Assembly: GCA_963782915.1 (NCBI GenBank)
Contig: CAWALK010000023.1
Span: 64,001 to 128,000 of the forward strand
DNA: 64,000 nucleotides
Reading direction: 5' to 3'
Origin: an uncultured archaeon
Lineage (GTDB): Archaea; Thermoproteota; Bathyarchaeia; Bathyarchaeales; Bathycorpusculaceae
Shown here: positions 40,581 through 50,655 of the stretch, in pieces
Layout: each line of letters begins with the position of its first letter
How positions within the stretch are numbered: the stretch's first letter is position 1
Position numbers and translations under genes: made by a program
Notes under the pieces: model-generated
Told to the model about the DNA's origin: nothing
The model's input: the letters and a program-made list of their open reading frames with translations, nothing else
Database searches by the model: none

Positions 40581-41469
40581 CCTTTCTGAGGCTTTCTATT
40601 CCATAGATATCGGTGTCAAAGAGCGGTACGTCTTTTCTTAAGATAGTTTTGAATCTGGTTTCGATTTCTTTGAAGTACTTTTCTTGTGTTGCTCTTCGTC
40701 GTTCAAGAAACCAGTTGCCCTTGAGAACCTCTGGCGGAATAACCTCGTTAACAACCAGTGACGCTACGTTTATGCCAAATTTGGATAGATCGTCGATGGC
40801 TCGTGCTGTCTCCTCAATCGGCAACTTCTCGGGTAAAAGCACGAGGTTGAAGGCGGATATGGTTTCGTCCGAGAGGCTTTTCACAGCTTGGTCGTATCGC
40901 TGTTTTTCTTTCTTCAACCCTTCCAGCGTGCTTTCATCCACGCCGCCTAATGCTTCGGCGAGCTCTTTTCTGTTCTTGATTTGGTTAGTCATGTATCCCG
41001 ACCAATCAAACGGCATCGACAGCTCCCTGAGAGTATGTCCTGTGGGCGCTGTATCGAACACTACATGGTCATATTTTTTGTCGCCAAGATATGTTACGAA
41101 TTGGTCGAATGCCGCCATTTCTTCTGCGCAAGGGGTGCTGATGGCGTCTTTGCCAAGGATTTGGTCAAAGTTTTGCATCATGCCTTGGAGTCGGGTTTGG
41201 AAGATGCCTGTTGCTTTTTTGGGGTTGATGTTTAACCCGCAGAGGTTTTGGATCTTGTCTATTTTTGTGATTTCGGTTTCTCCTATTTTTTGTTCATAGG
41301 TTGCTGAGAGGCTCACTGTTGGGTCGGTTGCGACGATTAGGGTGTCGTAGCCTTGGTCGGCTAGCCAGACGGCTGTTGAGGCTGCCATGGTTGTTTTTCC
41401 TACGCCTCCTTTGCCGCCGAAGAAGAGAAATTTTCGGTTTTCTATGAGTTTTTTCATTTCTTGTGTCAT
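40555..41469 (-). CDS. arsA: ArsA/GET3-family ATPase (single domain)
   Basis: GGKGGVGKTT, TDP, TPCAEE, FDTAPTGHTLR. Confidence 0.8.
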   Translation of the reverse strand: MTQEMKKLIENRKFLFFGGKGGVGKTTMAASTAVWLADQGYDTLIVATDPTVSLSATYEQKIGETEITKIDKIQNLCGLNINPKKATGIFQTRLQGMMQNFDQILGKDAISTPCAEEMAAFDQFVTYLGDKKYDHVVFDTAPTGHTLRELSMPFDWSGYMTNQIKNRKELAEALGGVDESTLEGLKKEKQRYDQAVKSLSDETISAFNLVLLPEKLPIEETARAIDDLSKFGINVASLVVNEVIPPEVLKGNWFLERRRATQEKYFKEIETRFKTILRKDVPLFDTDIYGIESLRKVGKHLYDQ

Positions 41470-41534
41470 ATATCGGTCACACCAATATCGGATAAACCGA
41501 TATGCTTATAAGATTTCGTGTCGGTATCCGATAG
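41470..41534. promoter_or_regulatory. Tandem palindromes ATATCGG-N5-CC(G/A)ATAT, candidate operator
   Basis: Copies at 41470-41488 and 41485-41503, variant at 41518-41534, in the divergent arsA/regulator intergenic region. Confidence 0.65.
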
Positions 41535-41545
41535 TGGTCAACACC

Positions 41546-42289
41546 ATGCAATCGCCCTCATCCGAAATCGCAGGCAACCTGCAAGCCAAAATAATGATGT
41601 TACTGCGAGAAGAGCAACTCTGCGGCGTAGACCTAATGAAGCGGTTAAAAATCAAAAGCCCCGGCACAATCTACCCTGTACTCGAGGCACTTAGAACAAA
41701 AGGCTTAATCGACTTCAAAATTGAAACCTCAGGCGCAGTCCGTAAAAAAGTCTATTCTCTGACAGAGACTGGCACCCAAAAGATGCAAGACCATCTGACC
41801 AGTTCAATGAAATTTTGCTGCGACACCTCCGAGCATATCAACCGAATCCTCGGTATTGTGAAGGAACTTATAGAGATCAAACGCAAAGAAAAAGTACTCT
41901 CAACCTTAGACCATGACGAGTTGAAACGTTACCTCAAAGCAGCGGACGTAACCTATTCAAGTGATCTGCAGGTTCCGGCTGGAACATTCGATAAGGCGTT
42001 GAGCTTTTTGGGCGTTGGCTGCTTAATCGGCAACGAAACCTCAGACATCGCCAACTATGTAAAACAGCTCTACCTAAGCTTGAAGAGAGGCGGGGTTTTG
42101 TTGGCGATTGAAACCCAGAAAACAGATAACATGTTTAGCCAAATCCTCTTCGAAGACGTTTTTGGATTAAAAGAGCCACCTGGATTACCCCTTGACGAGT
42201 TAAGGGCTGTTTTGGAGAAAGCGGGGTTCACCAATGTATCGGTTACGGCGAATATGGGTCTGCTCTTTGCTGTAGCACAAAAACCTTAA
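41546..42289 (+). CDS. PadR-type wHTH regulator fused to a methyltransferase-like domain
   Basis: SPGTIYPVL..L...GLI, KKVYSLTETG, CC pair, FDKALS, LKRGGVLL, LEKAGF. Confidence 0.7.
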   Translation: MQSPSSEIAGNLQAKIMMLLREEQLCGVDLMKRLKIKSPGTIYPVLEALRTKGLIDFKIETSGAVRKKVYSLTETGTQKMQDHLTSSMKFCCDTSEHINRILGIVKELIEIKRKEKVLSTLDHDELKRYLKAADVTYSSDLQVPAGTFDKALSFLGVGCLIGNETSDIANYVKQLYLSLKRGGVLLAIETQKTDNMFSQILFEDVFGLKEPPGLPLDELRAVLEKAGFTNVSVTANMGLLFAVAQKP

Positions 42290-42377
42290 CACCCCTTTAG
42301 GTAGCAAAATCTGTTGGTTGTTGTTGTGTATATGAGGGTTCTTGCCAACAACTACTATAGACAAAGTAGTTCCCTGA

Positions 42378-42815
42378 CTAATGGGTTAGGTCTTTTTTTA
42401 CTTCTGAGAGCGTATATTTTTCTTCTTCCCTACCAGTGTAGGGAGCTTCTTCCATGTCACCAAGGAATGTATGGATAACAGCGAGCAATTCATCCATCTT
42501 AACTGGTTTCAAAATGAAAGCTTCTGCGCCGTAATCGCGTGCTTTAGCTCCGGCTTCCGCGGATGGGTAACCGGTTATTATGAATTTGATTGTCTGCTGC
42601 AATTCATTCTTAGCTTTAGAAAGCAGGTCGGTTCCTTTCATGTCCGGGAGAATAACATCGATTATGGCGAGGTCATAGTGGCTGCCCTTTAGTTTATCAA
42701 GGGCTTCCTTAGCGGTTTCTGCGGTGTCGGTTGCGTACCCGTTTTTTTCTAGGACACGGCTTAATGATCGGAGTATGGATTGGTCGTCATCCACAATAAG
42801 GATTGTTTTTTTCAA
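42378..42815 (-). CDS. Response regulator receiver protein
   Basis: ILIVDDD, IIDVILPDMKG, ITG, ILKP. Confidence 0.92.
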   Translation of the reverse strand: MKKTILIVDDDQSILRSLSRVLEKNGYATDTAETAKEALDKLKGSHYDLAIIDVILPDMKGTDLLSKAKNELQQTIKFIITGYPSAEAGAKARDYGAEAFILKPVKMDELLAVIHTFLGDMEEAPYTGREEEKYTLSEVKKDLTH

Positions 42816-42953
42816 AAATCTTAGCCTTCCAAAAACCTAAGTTGTCCACCTTAAATTTGAGCGGATTACGCTTTAAAAGTTGTGTTTAACGCTTAAGCTA
42901 CAACAGGCGTATCAAAAAAAGAACTGAGTAAGGCCGGGGAAATAAAAAAGAAA

Positions 42954-43619
42954 TTACTCTCTGCTCGAGAGTACATAGATGTAGTCTGCGGTATCTGCGC
43001 ACATGTCCGCTGCGTTTTCAAGGAACTCGATTAGGTCATCAAAAATTATAATCGCGCCCTTATTCATGATTGCACCATACTTGACAAACAACTTCTTAGT
43101 AGCCAAATACTCGTTATCTATGGTGTGCTCGATTTCTTCAACCTTCTTAGCCTCATTAATGGCCTGAGTTGGATTAGATGAAATCTTCTCTACACTACTG
43201 CGCAGCACATTAACCATGTCGACCAATTTGCCAGTCATCAACAAAGCCTTAGCGCTCAATTCCACTGGAATCTCTACTTCCCAAAGCATCTCGAGGCATC
43301 TAGCCACATCTTTGGTATGATCTGCCAGGGTATCTGCCCGCTTAACTAGGTGCAATAGGTCTTCGCGGTAATCCGCTAGCAAAGCGGTTCCCGTCGATAA
43401 CTCCATGAAGACTTCTGTGCGAAGCTTATCAACCCCTGCTTCTGTCTCATAGAGGTTGTCGATGTACTTTTTTGCTTCTTTAAAATTCTTTTCAGAGAAA
43501 CTTTTTGTTGCTTTATTTAGCCAAGTTACCGTGTCAAAGGCTTTAGCTATTTCACTATGCGCTAAATCTAAGCCTTTTGTTTTGCGGCGCTGAACGAACC
43601 AGTCGTAACTCTTCTCCAT
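42954..43619 (-). CDS. DUF47 / PhoU-like phosphate transport regulator
   Basis: E...D.LR, REDLL.LV...D.LAD, EH.ID, E.AAD.C.D.AD. Confidence 0.85.
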   Translation of the reverse strand: MEKSYDWFVQRRKTKGLDLAHSEIAKAFDTVTWLNKATKSFSEKNFKEAKKYIDNLYETEAGVDKLRTEVFMELSTGTALLADYREDLLHLVKRADTLADHTKDVARCLEMLWEVEIPVELSAKALLMTGKLVDMVNVLRSSVEKISSNPTQAINEAKKVEEIEHTIDNEYLATKKLFVKYGAIMNKGAIIIFDDLIEFLENAADMCADTADYIYVLSSRE

Positions 43620-43786
43620 GTGGTTAGCTCCCTTCTACAGTATTGGGTTCTTGCTGTTATAACCCTTATCTTAGTAACCGCTGCCAAAAGAAAATAACAT
43701 AAAATAAAGACGGGATTTTAAAAAACATAAAAATCTGTGTTAGCCATATCCAAAAAGCGGAGTAGGCTAACAACCCTATTTCAGGT

Positions 43787-44407
43787 TTAAGCTGGAGCTG
43801 GAACGTATGCTTGCACGTTTGCTTCACGATAGTACATTGCTTGTGCTGTGTAGAGTGTGATTGATACTGTTAGGCCGATGTCGTTGATGGTGATTGAGTC
43901 CGGGTTGATGATGTAGAGTACCATGGTGTATCCTGATGGCAACACGAGGTCGTTTACTGCAAGGCTAAAGTCGTATTGTGTTGTTCCGAAGGTCATATGG
44001 TTGTTGTCATCTCGTGTGAATCCTGAGTGGAAGGGCAAATCGTTGGCGATTGGGTTAGTGGTAATGGTGTATAGGACGAATTTGGTGTTTGCTGCGTCAT
44101 TCCAGGGGCTTTCTTGACCTCGAACAGCTAGTTTGTCGATGACTATGTCTCGACCACCAGTGTTAATGACCATGAGTGAAGCGATAGAATAGTCTGCGTC
44201 GCCTGCTTGCGCGGCTGCGTTGTGCCAGAGGTGCTGCTTGGTTAGGTGTAAGCTTTCTTCTTGGACACGTGTGCTTACGACGTTGATGGCGAAGTAAGTT
44301 ACTACGCTTGCCAACAGTACTGAGATTACCAGTATGATGAGGGTTGTTACGACTGTGCTTAGAGCATACTTGTTTTTCATTAATCTACGGTAGCGATTGT
44401 AGATCAT
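43787..44407 (-). CDS. Archaeal type IV pilin/archaellin-like protein
   Basis: Class III signal peptide KYA|LSTVVTTLIILVISVLLA; NTGGRD motif. Confidence 0.75.
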   Translation of the reverse strand: MIYNRYRRLMKNKYALSTVVTTLIILVISVLLASVVTYFAINVVSTRVQEESLHLTKQHLWHNAAAQAGDADYSIASLMVINTGGRDIVIDKLAVRGQESPWNDAANTKFVLYTITTNPIANDLPFHSGFTRDDNNHMTFGTTQYDFSLAVNDLVLPSGYTMVLYIINPDSITINDIGLTVSITLYTAQAMYYREANVQAYVPAPA

Positions 44408-44658
44408 TTTGTTTCACTTCTTGTTATTGTTTCCTTTTTAGGGCGGAAAAGTATATAACTATTGTGTAGTAAGACTAAAGATACACGTTACACGTATGAA
44501 AAAACCCTGAAAAAAGCCCTGAACAACATAGCACCTGAAAAAAACACGACAGCAATAACTTAAATTCAACCCAAAAAACCCCAAATTCAGTAACCAAACA
44601 ACACACCAATCAGCAGCGGCACAAAACTAATATTGCTCAAAAAAGCATATTCCACTCA

Positions 44659-44752
44659 GTTCTTGGGGAGCTGGAAAATGATCCGGCTGAGAGGATGCCT
44701 ATGTGGCATCGACCCTGCGAACCTGAACCAGGTAATACTGGCGGAGGGAAAA
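44659..44752 (+). ncRNA. TPP (THI-box) riboswitch
   Basis: GGGGAGC...GGCTGAGAG...GACCC...ACCTGAACCAGGTAATACTGGCGGAGGGAA consensus directly upstream of thiT. Confidence 0.9.
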
Positions 44753-44758
44753 CAAGTA

Positions 44759-45340
44759 GTGAATACCACAAAAGAGAATGCCCTGAATAGTGAATTTAAA
44801 AACCCAAATTCCTTTAGAAACCCAAAAGTTTTAGCTGAAATGGCCATCTTCACCGCTTTAGCCACTGTCTTAAGCACAATTATAATATACATTATGCCAC
44901 AAGGCGGCTCAATCACACTTGCCTCAATGGTGCCTATTATTTGGCTGGCGCTAAGAAGAGGTCCAAAAGTCGGTATTGCCACTGGAATACTCTATGGCTT
45001 CATCCAATTTTTAATGATGCCCTACATTGCACCAGTGACAAACCCAATAGTAGCATTAATCCAAGTGCTACTCGACTACCCAATTGCGTTTGGAGTGTTG
45101 GGGTTAGCCGGCTACTTTTCCAAATACCCAGTTGTCGGAGCCGCAGTCGGAGTATCACTGCGTTTTGTGATGAGCTTCCTTTCGGGCGCATTCATCTGGG
45201 CGGGAATCTACGCTATAGGATTAGACCCCTACGTCTACTCAGCTGTGTACAATGGAAGTTATATGCTGCCTGAACTCATCATAACAGTATTCGTTATATT
45301 CCTGCTTCAGGCAAGTAAAACCTTGAAGGCATATCTCTAA
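44759..45340 (+). CDS. thiT: ECF-type thiamine transporter S component ThiT
   Basis: LAEMAIF.ALA, MPQGGSITL.SMVP, Q.LLDYP.AF, YS.VYNGSY; GTG start after the riboswitch. Confidence 0.88.
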   Translation: MNTTKENALNSEFKNPNSFRNPKVLAEMAIFTALATVLSTIIIYIMPQGGSITLASMVPIIWLALRRGPKVGIATGILYGFIQFLMMPYIAPVTNPIVALIQVLLDYPIAFGVLGLAGYFSKYPVVGAAVGVSLRFVMSFLSGAFIWAGIYAIGLDPYVYSAVYNGSYMLPELIITVFVIFLLQASKTLKAYL

Positions 45341-46341
45341 TGGGAAAACTCGCCGCAAAAGACCTCCAAGAAATGCTCAACTGCATACCGCCCGATCCGC
45401 GGGTGGTGGTGCCGCCAATGATTGGCTACGATGCCGGCGTGCATCGCTTAGGCGACCAATACGTGGTGGTGGCAGCTGACCCCTGCACAGGCGTTCCCGA
45501 AGAATGGTTCGGCTGGTTACTCATCAACTATGCCGCCTCAGACGTGGCATTATCGGGCGCTAAACCCCAATATTGCACGGTTACGCTGCTTGGGCCACGG
45601 CCAACCGAGTCTGCTGTTTTTCAGAAGTTAATGAAGCAAACTTGCATGGCCGCCGACGAATTAGGCATCGCCATAGTCCGGGGACACACCGGCATGTACG
45701 ATAGCGTAAAAGAGGTACTCGGCGTCTGCACAGTATATGGAACAGTGAAGCCGGAAAAGCTGATTACTTCCGGCGGTGCAAAACCCGGCGACAACATTTT
45801 CTGCACAAAACCCCTGGGCGCTGAAACGATTACCAACTATTCATTAACGCATCCTGCGGTGGCGCGCAAGCTTTTTGGCATGGAAAAACAGCGGGAGTTT
45901 GCCGGCCAAGTGAAGCTGCAAAGTTGCGTTAAAGAGGCGCTTTTATTGGCTGAGGTTGAGGGTGTGCATGCGATGCATGATGCAACAGAAGGCGGCTTCG
46001 TATCAGCCCTAAATGAATTGGCTGGTGCATCGAATGTCGGCATAACTGTGAATTGGGAAAAAATTCCTATTCCGCCTGAAAGTCAGGTATTACAGAGGCA
46101 TTTTGGGTTAAGCGACCCTCAGGTGCTGGCGATGTCTTCCACCGGCACCATCTTAGGAGCCGTTATACCCGAATCAAAAGACAAAATCGCTTCAGCCCTC
46201 CAAAAACTTGGATTAACCGCATCTTTTATCGGCGAATTCACAGAAAACAAAGAAAGAATACTTGTTAAGGGCGGCATCAAAACAGCGTTTCCCGCCGTCG
46301 CTGATGACCCCTACACAGCCATGATGGCTTTTACTTCCTAA
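45340..46341 (+). CDS. AIR synthase-related (PurM/ThiL/HypE superfamily) protein
   Basis: GYDAG, DP, DVA.SGA.P, GHT, MHDATEGG; TAATG overlap with thiT. Confidence 0.82.
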   Translation: MGKLAAKDLQEMLNCIPPDPRVVVPPMIGYDAGVHRLGDQYVVVAADPCTGVPEEWFGWLLINYAASDVALSGAKPQYCTVTLLGPRPTESAVFQKLMKQTCMAADELGIAIVRGHTGMYDSVKEVLGVCTVYGTVKPEKLITSGGAKPGDNIFCTKPLGAETITNYSLTHPAVARKLFGMEKQREFAGQVKLQSCVKEALLLAEVEGVHAMHDATEGGFVSALNELAGASNVGITVNWEKIPIPPESQVLQRHFGLSDPQVLAMSSTGTILGAVIPESKDKIASALQKLGLTASFIGEFTENKERILVKGGIKTAFPAVADDPYTAMMAFTS

Positions 46342-47209
46342 GCTCTTTTAATACGAACTGTACGATTTCGTCAGCAATGCTAACTTTCGCAACTTGCTGC
46401 AATCCCTTCCAGCCGGGTTGACTATTAACGTCCACAATGCGTGGGCCCTCTGGTCCTTCAAGAATGTCTACGCCGGCAACTTTGCATCCTACAGCTTTCG
46501 CTGCTTTTATGGCTAAGTCTTTGAATTCGTCGCTGATTTCTGTTGCTGCGGGTTTGGCTCCTTGGCTATAGTTTGTTTTCCATCCTGTTGCAACGCGGCG
46601 CATGGATGCGATGACTTGGTCGCCTAGGACGAATGCGCGTATGTCGCTAAAACCGTGTTCGACGAATTCTTGCATGTAGATGACGCCGTGGTGGAATGTG
46701 ATGGCTTTGAAGATGGTGTCGGCTATGTCTACGTCGTTGACGCGGGTTGCGCCTTGTCCGCGTGATCCGAATATTGGTTTGACGACTATGTCGCCGCCGA
46801 GTTCATCAAACGCCTTTATGGCTTCGTTAACGCTCTCGGTAGCTAAGGTTCGTGGAACCGGAACGCCCACATCTTCGAGTAACGCGAGGATGTCATATTT
46901 GTCGACGCAGTGCTCAATCGCAGTGGGCGGGTTAACCATGTAGAAGCCTTTGCGCTCCAACTTGTAGAGCATGTCCATGCGGAAAACAAGCTCTTCGAGT
47001 GATCCGCGGCCGATGGGTCGGATGATGAGTGCGTCTAAATCGTCCATGATGCTTATGCCGTTAACTTTGAAGTAGGGTCTGTAAGCTAATCGGGCGACTA
47101 GTTTTGGAAAAGTGAAGCATTCATAGGGTATGCCTCGTTTGGTGAGTGCTTCTCGAACTTGAGAGCTGCTCCATGCTTCTGGGTTGCGTGTCATGATGCC
47201 GAATTTCAT
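46331..47209 (-). CDS. RimK-family ATP-grasp ligase (MptN/CofF-like)
   Basis: VPVPRT, VVKPIFGSRG, QEFV, DIRAFV, WKTNYSQG, AGVDIL, VNSQPGW. Confidence 0.88.
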   Translation of the reverse strand: MKFGIMTRNPEAWSSSQVREALTKRGIPYECFTFPKLVARLAYRPYFKVNGISIMDDLDALIIRPIGRGSLEELVFRMDMLYKLERKGFYMVNPPTAIEHCVDKYDILALLEDVGVPVPRTLATESVNEAIKAFDELGGDIVVKPIFGSRGQGATRVNDVDIADTIFKAITFHHGVIYMQEFVEHGFSDIRAFVLGDQVIASMRRVATGWKTNYSQGAKPAATEISDEFKDLAIKAAKAVGCKVAGVDILEGPEGPRIVDVNSQPGWKGLQQVAKVSIADEIVQFVLKELRK

Positions 47210-47319
47210 GTGGGTCGGTCCTTGGGTGCTGTTTAGAACATGCGTAGGGTTTGTGCTCTTAAAGCTTCTGGGCAAAATGGAGTCTATGCGCTAAATAGAC
47301 CCGCATACAGCAAGACGCA

Positions 47320-47808
47320 TTAATTCATGTTTAGAGGGAAGAGACGTTCTTGCACGCGTTTGTTTCTGCCTATGATTTCGCCGACGAATGCGCCAGCGGT
47401 TAAACAGAGTGCTAAGCTGGTTACGACAAAGAATTCTTCTCCGAGTCCATTTGCTGCCTGCGCCATGACTCCACTTACGGTGAGTGCTGCCCAGATGCCA
47501 AAACCGATTACAGATATGCCTACAAAGAGGAAGGTCGCCCGCTTACTCAAAGATAAATTGGATGGGCTAACTCGAATAAAGCCAACAGCGCCAATCACTA
47601 CAGCGATTGTAACTGCCAGAAACGCTGTTTGAAGCAACCCTATGCCCATTACTACACCAAAAACCGCCGAAACAACAGCCAACAGGGCAGTCAGCACTAT
47701 CCAGTAGGATTTTCTAGTTGTTATGCCCGGAACTTCAGGCTCTTTACGCTTAAGCTTAACTTTCTGCTTCTGCTTGGTCTTGTATGGCTTAGGCATGAAC
47801 TGTACCAT
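47320..47808 (-). CDS. Membrane protein
   Basis: Four hydrophobic segments after a basic N-terminus. Confidence 0.65.
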   Translation of the reverse strand: MVQFMPKPYKTKQKQKVKLKRKEPEVPGITTRKSYWIVLTALLAVVSAVFGVVMGIGLLQTAFLAVTIAVVIGAVGFIRVSPSNLSLSKRATFLFVGISVIGFGIWAALTVSGVMAQAANGLGEEFFVVTSLALCLTAGAFVGEIIGRNKRVQERLFPLNMN

Positions 47809-47999
47809 GCAAAACCAGCCCTTATTAACATTTCACCAATACTACCTCAACCCAGAATCTAAAACAAACACCAAACAAAATACTTGCAGATTCCAAGCAG
47901 ATGTCAAACCATCAAGTCTGCTGTGTGTATATTTTACAGCAAAACAATAAAGCTCTAAATTACACAAAAAAGGGAGAAGAAATTGAAGTTTCTTCTATT

Positions 48000-50444
48000 C
48001 TATGGCCGTTTTCTAAGCATTGTAACGATGACTGCACCAACGATTGCTATGGCAACGATGATTGCTGCGCCTACTGCTAAGACGTATGTGTCAGTCATTG
48101 GTTTCGCTGTATCTGCTATAGGTGTGGCTGAGGTTTGTGGTACTTCATCGACCTGTAATGCTGTTTCAGCAAATGAGCTACCGTATGAGTCGGAGCCTGC
48201 GTAGGAAGCGAGTATGGTGTATTTTCCGGGGATATCGGGTTGCCATGTGAAGCTGTATGCGCCTGTTAAGTCTGTGGTTGTTTCGCCTATGTTTCGGTAA
48301 TTGCCGTTTGAGTCGATAACATCTAATGTTACTTTTACGCCTGTTGCATTAGTTGGCATTGGTTGTTGCATGTATAGGTATTCCATCCAGTTGGTCATGC
48401 TTGTGTCAGATACTGCTGCTGCACCGTTTGCGCTTGGAGTTTTGTCGATTACTTTGCCTTCGATTAGTACACTGCTGCCAAATGTGGATACTTTGGGTGC
48501 TGTAGTTATGGTGCTTTGGCTTTCGCCTTTGCCAAAGCAGTAAACCAATCCATCATAGTAGTTGAACGAAACTGCGTATCCGTCAGCGATTACTGGGAAC
48601 AATCCCCAGAAGGATACATTCCATAAGCCTTGTCCGGTAACTGCGTCAATACAGTACATCTTTGAACCTCGATATAGCGGTGTAGAGGGTGAGTGTTCGT
48701 TGGTTACTGCGTAGATTTTGCCATCACAAATCGACATTGCGCTGTCTTTGAATACATAGTGACCATATACTGTTTCTAATCCACTGTTGTCTGTTGAGAA
48801 CTTCCACATTTCTTGGCCTGTGGTTATGTTGTAGGCATGTACTATTCCGTCGTAGCCTGCTGCGTATAGGATACCGTATGCAGATTGCCAATCAGCGTAT
48901 GGTTGATAGACACCCCATGCGTTCTCGTATGGTTCTGTTGGTCCCCAAGCGACTGCGCCTGTGCGGACGTTGAAGCCGTACCATTGCATAGTTTCTTTGA
49001 CGAATATCGGCAGAATGTTGCTGTCTATGAAGCCGTTGAGTATTGTGCCTTCGAATGTGCGGTTTACTGGTGACCACATGTTGTTTAGTGCGGTGGGGTA
49101 TTTTCCGTCTGAGCCCTTCTTGATAGTGTCAGTGCTGATATCGTATGCTACATCGCCTACTTTTGTTGTTCCGGGTGCGCCGTCAGTGTATGTTGCTCTT
49201 GCATAGATTACGCCGTCTTTGATTTTCAATAGGCTTTGTGTACCTGCCATGTCGGGTACTGTTACGTTCCATTCGTAGCCTTTATTGCCGTCTATCACGG
49301 GGCCTGTGGGTCTGTAGTACCAGTCACCGGTCATTGAGGTCTCTAGAACTTTGGAAGAGTTCCATAGTGTTAATCTGTTGGTTGCTCCTGCGAGGTTGTA
49401 GATTAGGATTTCACCGTTTTCTCCAAATACCATGGTTCCTGAGCTAACGTTTGCTATGTCGAGTAACCAGTCGCCTGTGAATGCGTCATACATTTTGTAG
49501 GTGCTTCCAGAAACGCTCCAGAGATGCGGGATGATGCCGTGTACGTTGGGTGTTTGCCAGTTAAGTAGTTGACCAAAAGTGACTGTGGTGCCGTTTTTGA
49601 ACCAGATTTCTTCACCTGTCTGTAGATCTACACAGTAGAGTCCCTGCCAGCCAGCTACGCCTGATCGTTGGTTATAGTAAAGTCTGCCGTCCATTATGAT
49701 TGGCGGTTGGAATTTGCGGTCGTAGGTTTCGCCTGGGAAGTAGTTGGTGTCTCCGGTTGCTTCTCCAACGATTCCTCCGAACGCTATCTCTTTAGTCCAC
49801 ATAACGTGGGGAGAGTTGGGTGCTGTGCCGTATGGGTTAAAGTTGCCGTTAACGTCGTAGCATCGTGGTCCATGTGGTCCTGCTGAGCCGCCTGCTAACC
49901 AGTTGCCAGCCAGTACGTTCCAGCCGTGGTTTGCAGCGTTTATCGGTCGTTCCCAGTAACCTTCAGGTAGCGGATTGTATGGTAATGCTTCGACTTGTTC
50001 TTCTTGTACGCTTAATTGGACTGTTGCGCTTTCGCTTGGTTTGTACCAGTTGACTGTGCCGCTTTGAGTGATGTTTTGTCCCGGGAAAGTGATTTTGAAG
50101 GTGTAGTTGCCTGTTTGTGTAGGTGTGTATTTTATGATGCCTGAGCCGGCTGCGTCGGATGGGTCTAGGTTTATGGTTTCTACTTTGCCGTCTGGTGCGG
50201 TGATTGTCATTTTCCAGTTTTGCCATCGGTCGCCTCGTGGTCCTGAGGCGGTTGGGGGTGCTTTGTCCATCCAGTAGACAACGTTTGCCGATTGCCCGAC
50301 ACCTATTGGGTCTGGCTGCGCTGTCAGAAACAGGTAGGTCGGATAGTTTGCTGCTTCAGTTGAGGGTATGTTAATTGCCAGTATTGAAAAAGTCATTGTC
50401 AAAATTATCGCTACTGTCATTATAATTTGTGGTTTCTTTTTCAT
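48000..50444 (-). CDS. Large secreted PQQ-type beta-propeller protein with Ig-like domains and TM anchor
   Basis: LYCVDLQTGEEIW-type repeats, PDPIGVGQ, WMEYLYMQQP, C-terminal TM. Confidence 0.85.
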   Translation of the reverse strand: MKKKPQIIMTVAIILTMTFSILAINIPSTEAANYPTYLFLTAQPDPIGVGQSANVVYWMDKAPPTASGPRGDRWQNWKMTITAPDGKVETINLDPSDAAGSGIIKYTPTQTGNYTFKITFPGQNITQSGTVNWYKPSESATVQLSVQEEQVEALPYNPLPEGYWERPINAANHGWNVLAGNWLAGGSAGPHGPRCYDVNGNFNPYGTAPNSPHVMWTKEIAFGGIVGEATGDTNYFPGETYDRKFQPPIIMDGRLYYNQRSGVAGWQGLYCVDLQTGEEIWFKNGTTVTFGQLLNWQTPNVHGIIPHLWSVSGSTYKMYDAFTGDWLLDIANVSSGTMVFGENGEILIYNLAGATNRLTLWNSSKVLETSMTGDWYYRPTGPVIDGNKGYEWNVTVPDMAGTQSLLKIKDGVIYARATYTDGAPGTTKVGDVAYDISTDTIKKGSDGKYPTALNNMWSPVNRTFEGTILNGFIDSNILPIFVKETMQWYGFNVRTGAVAWGPTEPYENAWGVYQPYADWQSAYGILYAAGYDGIVHAYNITTGQEMWKFSTDNSGLETVYGHYVFKDSAMSICDGKIYAVTNEHSPSTPLYRGSKMYCIDAVTGQGLWNVSFWGLFPVIADGYAVSFNYYDGLVYCFGKGESQSTITTAPKVSTFGSSVLIEGKVIDKTPSANGAAAVSDTSMTNWMEYLYMQQPMPTNATGVKVTLDVIDSNGNYRNIGETTTDLTGAYSFTWQPDIPGKYTILASYAGSDSYGSSFAETALQVDEVPQTSATPIADTAKPMTDTYVLAVGAAIIVAIAIVGAVIVTMLRKRP

Positions 50445-50655
50445 AGTATTCACAACTAAAGTTGATGGACTCTTTTTGACGCGAAGGAAATATAAAACTT
50501 TCCACATTATCGGTAAGTCGCTATACACCAAAAAAAGGCAACGCCAACGCCTCTAAAAAATTTTTCTACAAATTTCTTGATTAGTCGTTAAAACGATTAA
50601 AAAAACCCTGTTACCTATGGGTGAGGGGTTCACGCAAAAAACTGAACTATCAGTT

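Noticed and set aside
44633-44758. N-terminal extension of ThiT in the ORF track
   Set aside because: It is the riboswitch sequence; GTG 44759 with an SD is the more plausible start.
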